Of a stretch of 20,000 nucleotides of DNA, positions 16,398 through 20,000 are shown piece by piece (within the stretch, counting starts at the first letter, position 1; every line of letters begins with the position of its first letter). The position numbers were made by a program, and so were the translations under genes. The notes beneath the pieces are model-generated. The model saw nothing but the letters and a program-made list of their open reading frames with translations, did no database searches and was not told the DNA's origin. Origin of the DNA: an uncultured virus (IMG/VR IMGVR_UViG_3300044731_002410) (lineage: Duplodnaviria > Heunggongvirae > Uroviricota > Caudoviricetes); IMG/VR virus record IMGVR_UViG_3300044731_002410, one strand, 5' to 3'.

Positions 16398-17323
16398 GTG
16401 TTATTGCTGACTTTTATAACTGGCGCAAGCGGCACTTTGTTGCGATCAATGAGCATCGGTGGCTTGCAAGGGATGCAGGCACTGAAGCGCTGATCCGCAA
16501 GCAGCTTGCCCGCTATGCCTTTGCCATCGAACTGGATCAGAGCGGTGCTTCAATCCCTGAGCCCCTTTATCAGCGTCTTCACTTTCGCTGGGATAAAGCA
16601 CATCGTGAGCGCCTGCAAGGCTTACTTTCCGATGGGGCATTCACCCTGCCCCAAGGCGCACGTATGGCGCCACAAAGTGATGGGGCAAGGCTTTCCATGC
16701 TTCGCCAACTAAGCTCGGGGTTTATCTATGAGCATGCATCGCAACCTGAGCAAGGAAACGAGCATGGGGCTGAGCAGGAAGCATTGGCAGAGCGATCAGA
16801 TGCCTGTCAGTGGCTGTCGCAAGCTCGAATCCGAGCACTTTCAGACTGTGTGGATGGCGCTCAGGGTCCAGTGCTTGTGGCTGCATTTTTTCGTGCGGAA
16901 GTTTCAGCCCTTCTTAGCCACTTCGGTGCGAGGGCAAAAGCCATCAGTGGTCAGACGCAAGCCGCTGAGCGCTCAAAGCTTATTGATGCCTGGAATCGCG
17001 ATGAGATTAAAGTCCTCATCGGCGTTCCCGCTGCCATGGGTCATGGCATTAATTTACAGCTCGGTTCGTGTCGCACCCTCGTTTGGTTCACCCATAGTTT
17101 TGACTGGGCGCAGCGCGCTCAAATGAATGCCCGCTTAATCCGTTCCGGGCAAACCAAAGCGGTCTCGATCATCGATATGGTTGCCGATTGCGGCATTGAT
17201 GCTCCGGTGTTGCGTGCCCTTGAACAAAAGCAAGCTGGGGAAGCTGCCATGTTTGAAGCGATTGAGGCAGCGCAAGGGGTAACACATCAGTTATCCGCTC
17301 TTGGTACTGGAGCGCTGGCATGA
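16388..17323 (+). CDS. SNF2-family helicase, C-terminal part (-1 frame relative to the N-part)
   Basis: IDAWNRDEIKVL, GHGINLQ and QMNARLIRSGQ (motifs V/VI). TTG start with AAGGAG 7 nt upstream. Stop overlaps the polymerase start (ATGA). Confidence 0.8.
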   Translation: MALSVIADFYNWRKRHFVAINEHRWLARDAGTEALIRKQLARYAFAIELDQSGASIPEPLYQRLHFRWDKAHRERLQGLLSDGAFTLPQGARMAPQSDGARLSMLRQLSSGFIYEHASQPEQGNEHGAEQEALAERSDACQWLSQARIRALSDCVDGAQGPVLVAAFFRAEVSALLSHFGARAKAISGQTQAAERSKLIDAWNRDEIKVLIGVPAAMGHGINLQLGSCRTLVWFTHSFDWAQRAQMNARLIRSGQTKAVSIIDMVADCGIDAPVLRALEQKQAGEAAMFEAIEAAQGVTHQLSALGTGALA

Positions 17324-18588
17324 GGACGCGCTGCTGCTATGACTTTGAGATCGCACCAAATGTGGCTTTGTTGGGGATCAAAGCACAAGGTGAACCTGCC
17401 GAGCACTTGGTTATAACTGAGCCCATAACGGCTGAGATTGCCACTGAGATCGATGCACGATTAAGTGATCGTGAAGTCACAGGTTATAACAATCTAGGCT
17501 TTGATACCTACTTATTGGATCGATTGTTGCATGGCGCAGGCCCTCAGACACTCTTTGAGCTATCGAGTGCCATCATTCAAGCTAAGGGGCCTGCCTGGAT
17601 GGTGGCTCGTGAGCATGGCGCACAGTCAAGTGGTTTTGATGAGCTTGACCTTATGCACTACACCCCGCGCGGCAGACTTAAGCAATACGAAGCGCGTCTG
17701 GGGCTTGCCATTGAAGATTTGCCCTTTGATCCCACCCAAGCGCTTGACTCATCGCAGCTACCCACCCTTGTCGCCTATTTAGAACATGATCTGCTTGCCA
17801 CAGAGACGCTGCGCGAGGCGGTTGATAGTGACGTAAAGGCTCGAGAGATTCTAGCCTCACTTTTTGGCGTGGAAGGTTTGCGGCGAAAAACCGCAGCCAA
17901 TGTGGCAGCAAGCATTATTGTGAGCGAGTACCTGCTTGAGCGACCGGACTTAATGCTTTCCGATGTGCGGCATGCCGCAGCTGCCATGCGCAACACGCAC
18001 TTTGCCTTTGAAGTACCCCCTTGGGTACTCGATGGTATCGCCGGCACCCTTGCCTTTGATATCGCTCAATCGATTGAAGGTACCGTCTTTGAAGTGATCG
18101 ATGGTGTGCGCCAGGCGCCTGATCGAGCCTGGCCTAAGGATATCGTGCTTGATGCATCCGATGGGTTAATGGCAAGTTTTGGGCTTGGTGGGATTCACAC
18201 TCAAGATAGTGCTTCTCGGTATAGCGGTCTAAGTTTTGATGTCGCATCGCTTTACCCCAACATCATCATGCATCCAGCCTGTACGCCTGCGCATTTGGAT
18301 GAATCACACTTTCATGCGGTTTATAAGCGACTCATTGATCGGCGCATGCAGGCTAAGCGCAGTGGCGATAAGGCAACCTCCGATGCCTTAAAGCTTGTGC
18401 TTAACGCTTGCTTTGGTGCTTTTAACTATCCCTACTCGCTGCTCTATAGCCCTCAAGCGTTTTTAACCATCACCGTAAGCGGCCAACTCTGCTTACTTGC
18501 CCTTGCTGATCGTATTCAGCGGCTTGGGCGCGATGAAAGAGCAGGCAAAGAAGCTCTCGCCGGTAAAGGATTCGTTCATGAGCCATGA
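17320..18588 (+). CDS. Family-B DNA polymerase, N-terminal part (3'-5' exonuclease plus motifs A and B)
   Basis: ExoI YDFE, ExoII YNNLGFD, ExoIII YLEHD, motif A FDVASLYP and motif B KLVLNACFG. Motif C is absent from this ORF. Confidence 0.85.
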   Translation: MRTRCCYDFEIAPNVALLGIKAQGEPAEHLVITEPITAEIATEIDARLSDREVTGYNNLGFDTYLLDRLLHGAGPQTLFELSSAIIQAKGPAWMVAREHGAQSSGFDELDLMHYTPRGRLKQYEARLGLAIEDLPFDPTQALDSSQLPTLVAYLEHDLLATETLREAVDSDVKAREILASLFGVEGLRRKTAANVAASIIVSEYLLERPDLMLSDVRHAAAAMRNTHFAFEVPPWVLDGIAGTLAFDIAQSIEGTVFEVIDGVRQAPDRAWPKDIVLDASDGLMASFGLGGIHTQDSASRYSGLSFDVASLYPNIIMHPACTPAHLDESHFHAVYKRLIDRRMQAKRSGDKATSDALKLVLNACFGAFNYPYSLLYSPQAFLTITVSGQLCLLALADRIQRLGRDERAGKEALAGKGFVHEP

Positions 18589-20000
18589 CCGCACACGTGT
18601 TGTGTCACTTAATACGGATTCGGTCACGCTTCAAGTTGCAAGGGGTGATGAGCAAGCGGTCAACGAGATCATTGCCGCATGGGAGGCGCAGTTTGGCTTT
18701 CAGATGGAGCGCACCGAGTTACTCGATCATCGTGCACTGAATATCAATAACTATATCGAGCTATCCCAAGAAGATGGCAAGGCGGCACAAATCAAAAGCA
18801 AAGGTGCACTTGCTCATGCACCAGGTATTGCCGCCGATCACGACCGCTTAATTGTGGCCCAGGCCGTTGGGGCCTGGATGCGTGAAGGCACACCGATTGA
18901 GCAAACCATTCGTTCAGCCATTGATGCGCGGGAGATCTTGCGCTTTACCGAGATGCGATCGGCACCCTCGGGTGCTCTTTTGTTGGATGCCAAGCCCATT
19001 GGGCGAATCTGTCGTGTGTATCGATCAACCCGCATCGATTTACCGGTACTTACCCGTGCAGCGACAGCGAAAGCTTCAGCACAGACCCTGGAAGCTGGCT
19101 TTGCCGTGCTCAAAGGTACACATTGGCCAGAGGCGGATGATCTTGATGAAGCCTGGTATGTCAACCAGGCCAAGCTTTTGATCGCTCAAACAAGTATTGC
19201 TTATAACCCTTTCATGAATGCCAAAGCGAAGGAGCTTGAATCGTTGGGGCTTCGTGTGATGGCTCGGGGCGGTGCGGCGACAAGAGCAGGATCTGATGGC
19301 GAACTTGATGCTCATCACTGGGTTCAGGCGGTCGGCCGCAATGTATCGGGTGATGAAGCACTTGGCGTGCGATTGACGACTGGCAAAGGCTCAGCAGTAG
19401 GCAAAGCCTTCATTGCAGTCATAGGACCACTTCACCATCCCGACTCGAAGGTACTTACCGTGACAGGTCCGCATGGTGAGCACCTTGAGATTCACGCGCT
19501 CAGTCCCTCGCAGGCTAAAGCCATCGCGCAAGGCAACCCCGACTCAGTAGGCATTGAGCTTCAAAGCTCAGGTGTGGTCGAAGTACTCAATCCCAGCACA
19601 GGCACTCACTTTGCCCTCGATGGAAACATCACGCCAAGGTTTGAAGCGCTGATAGAGGCAGAGGTGACACCAACACAGCGGACGGCCTCTCATGATGACT
19701 CAAGCCTTGATAACGATCAGTTTCTTCAAGTGATGTTTGGTGACGATTTACCGTTTGCCTTTGTGTGCTCGCATCAGATCCCACCCGATCACCCTGATGA
19801 GAGCAAGCGCTTAGGGATCTGGCAAGGCGGACCGTTGCAATACGCCAAAGGTTTATATCAATTAGCAGAGCGCCAAAACTACACCTGTGTAAGCGCCTTC
19901 ACACCGGATGATGAAGGTATCTACAGGCGTCAACAGTCGCATTTCTTAGGACTCTACTTTGTTGTACTTGATGACATCGGTACCAAGGTAGCTATCGACC
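18578..20000 (+). CDS. PolB C-terminal part (motif C, thumb) fused to a primase-like domain; partial, runs off the window
   Basis: Not in the ORF track because it has no stop. Manual translation: MSHDRTRVVSLNTDS...NINNYI...IKSKG...DLDEAWYVNQA, then NDQFLQVMFG...NYTCVSAF.PD..G.YRRQ..HF..LYFVVLDDIGTKV. AAAGGA 7 nt before ATG 18578. Confidence 0.82.
   Translation, partial: MSHDRTRVVSLNTDSVTLQVARGDEQAVNEIIAAWEAQFGFQMERTELLDHRALNINNYIELSQEDGKAAQIKSKGALAHAPGIAADHDRLIVAQAVGAWMREGTPIEQTIRSAIDAREILRFTEMRSAPSGALLLDAKPIGRICRVYRSTRIDLPVLTRAATAKASAQTLEAGFAVLKGTHWPEADDLDEAWYVNQAKLLIAQTSIAYNPFMNAKAKELESLGLRVMARGGAATRAGSDGELDAHHWVQAVGRNVSGDEALGVRLTTGKGSAVGKAFIAVIGPLHHPDSKVLTVTGPHGEHLEIHALSPSQAKAIAQGNPDSVGIELQSSGVVEVLNPSTGTHFALDGNITPRFEALIEAEVTPTQRTASHDDSSLDNDQFLQVMFGDDLPFAFVCSHQIPPDHPDESKRLGIWQGGPLQYAKGLYQLAERQNYTCVSAFTPDDEGIYRRQQSHFLGLYFVVLDDIGTKVAID

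Larger units (their letters stand above)
12187..20000. mobile_element. Integrative element 2 (satellite/genomic-island-like) with its own SSB-helicase-PolB-primase module; right end outside the window
   Basis: A second tyrosine integrase points at the tRNA fragment. It is followed by a divergent regulator/AlpA-like pair and then replication genes. Confidence 0.75.

Noticed and set aside
1579..19702. Other TGAGTCA/TGACTCA hits (1579, 11426, 15741, 17745, 19696) as further motif copies
   Set aside because: None has the AACCC[C/G]TATATGT box at the fixed spacing, and most lie inside coding regions. The scan was by eye and may be incomplete.
17320..20000. Pipolin-type primer-independent PolB, or an intein/intron at the Pol break
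   Set aside because: The motifs (DVASLYP, NTDS, NNY, KxKG) resemble phage-type PolB with a separate primase-like domain. The intervening stretch is only tens of bases, with no intein termini or intron-sized sequence.

Overview
The window spans the junction of two tandem integrated mobile elements that meet at a 3'-half tRNA-Asn(GTT) att site (12187-12231), with both tyrosine integrases pointing at it. The left element (1-~12231) is a prophage-like early region: integrase and DUF4224-type excisionase, XRE repressor, ImmA/IrrE protease, an ECF-like sigma factor, and a leftward replication/recombination operon (AAA ATPase, DUF669-like protein, Cas4-like nuclease, Prim-Pol primase, repeat-rich putative origin, RuvC-like resolvase) interrupted by a RelE/HigB-HigA toxin-antitoxin pair. 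The right element (~12187-20000, incomplete) looks satellite/island-like: integrase, RHH-like regulator, AlpA/Xis-like HTH, T7 gp2.5-like SSB, a SNF2 helicase in two frames, and a family-B DNA polymerase in two frames whose C-terminal half is fused to a primase-like domain. The most striking signal is a bipartite motif, CCTGAGTCA-N12-AACCC[C/G]TATATGT, present three times with identical spacing. It sits upstream of the left element's replication operon, its xis-int operon, and the right element's replication operon. This suggests that one sigma factor co-activates both elements. All family assignments come from motif recognition by eye, not database searches.
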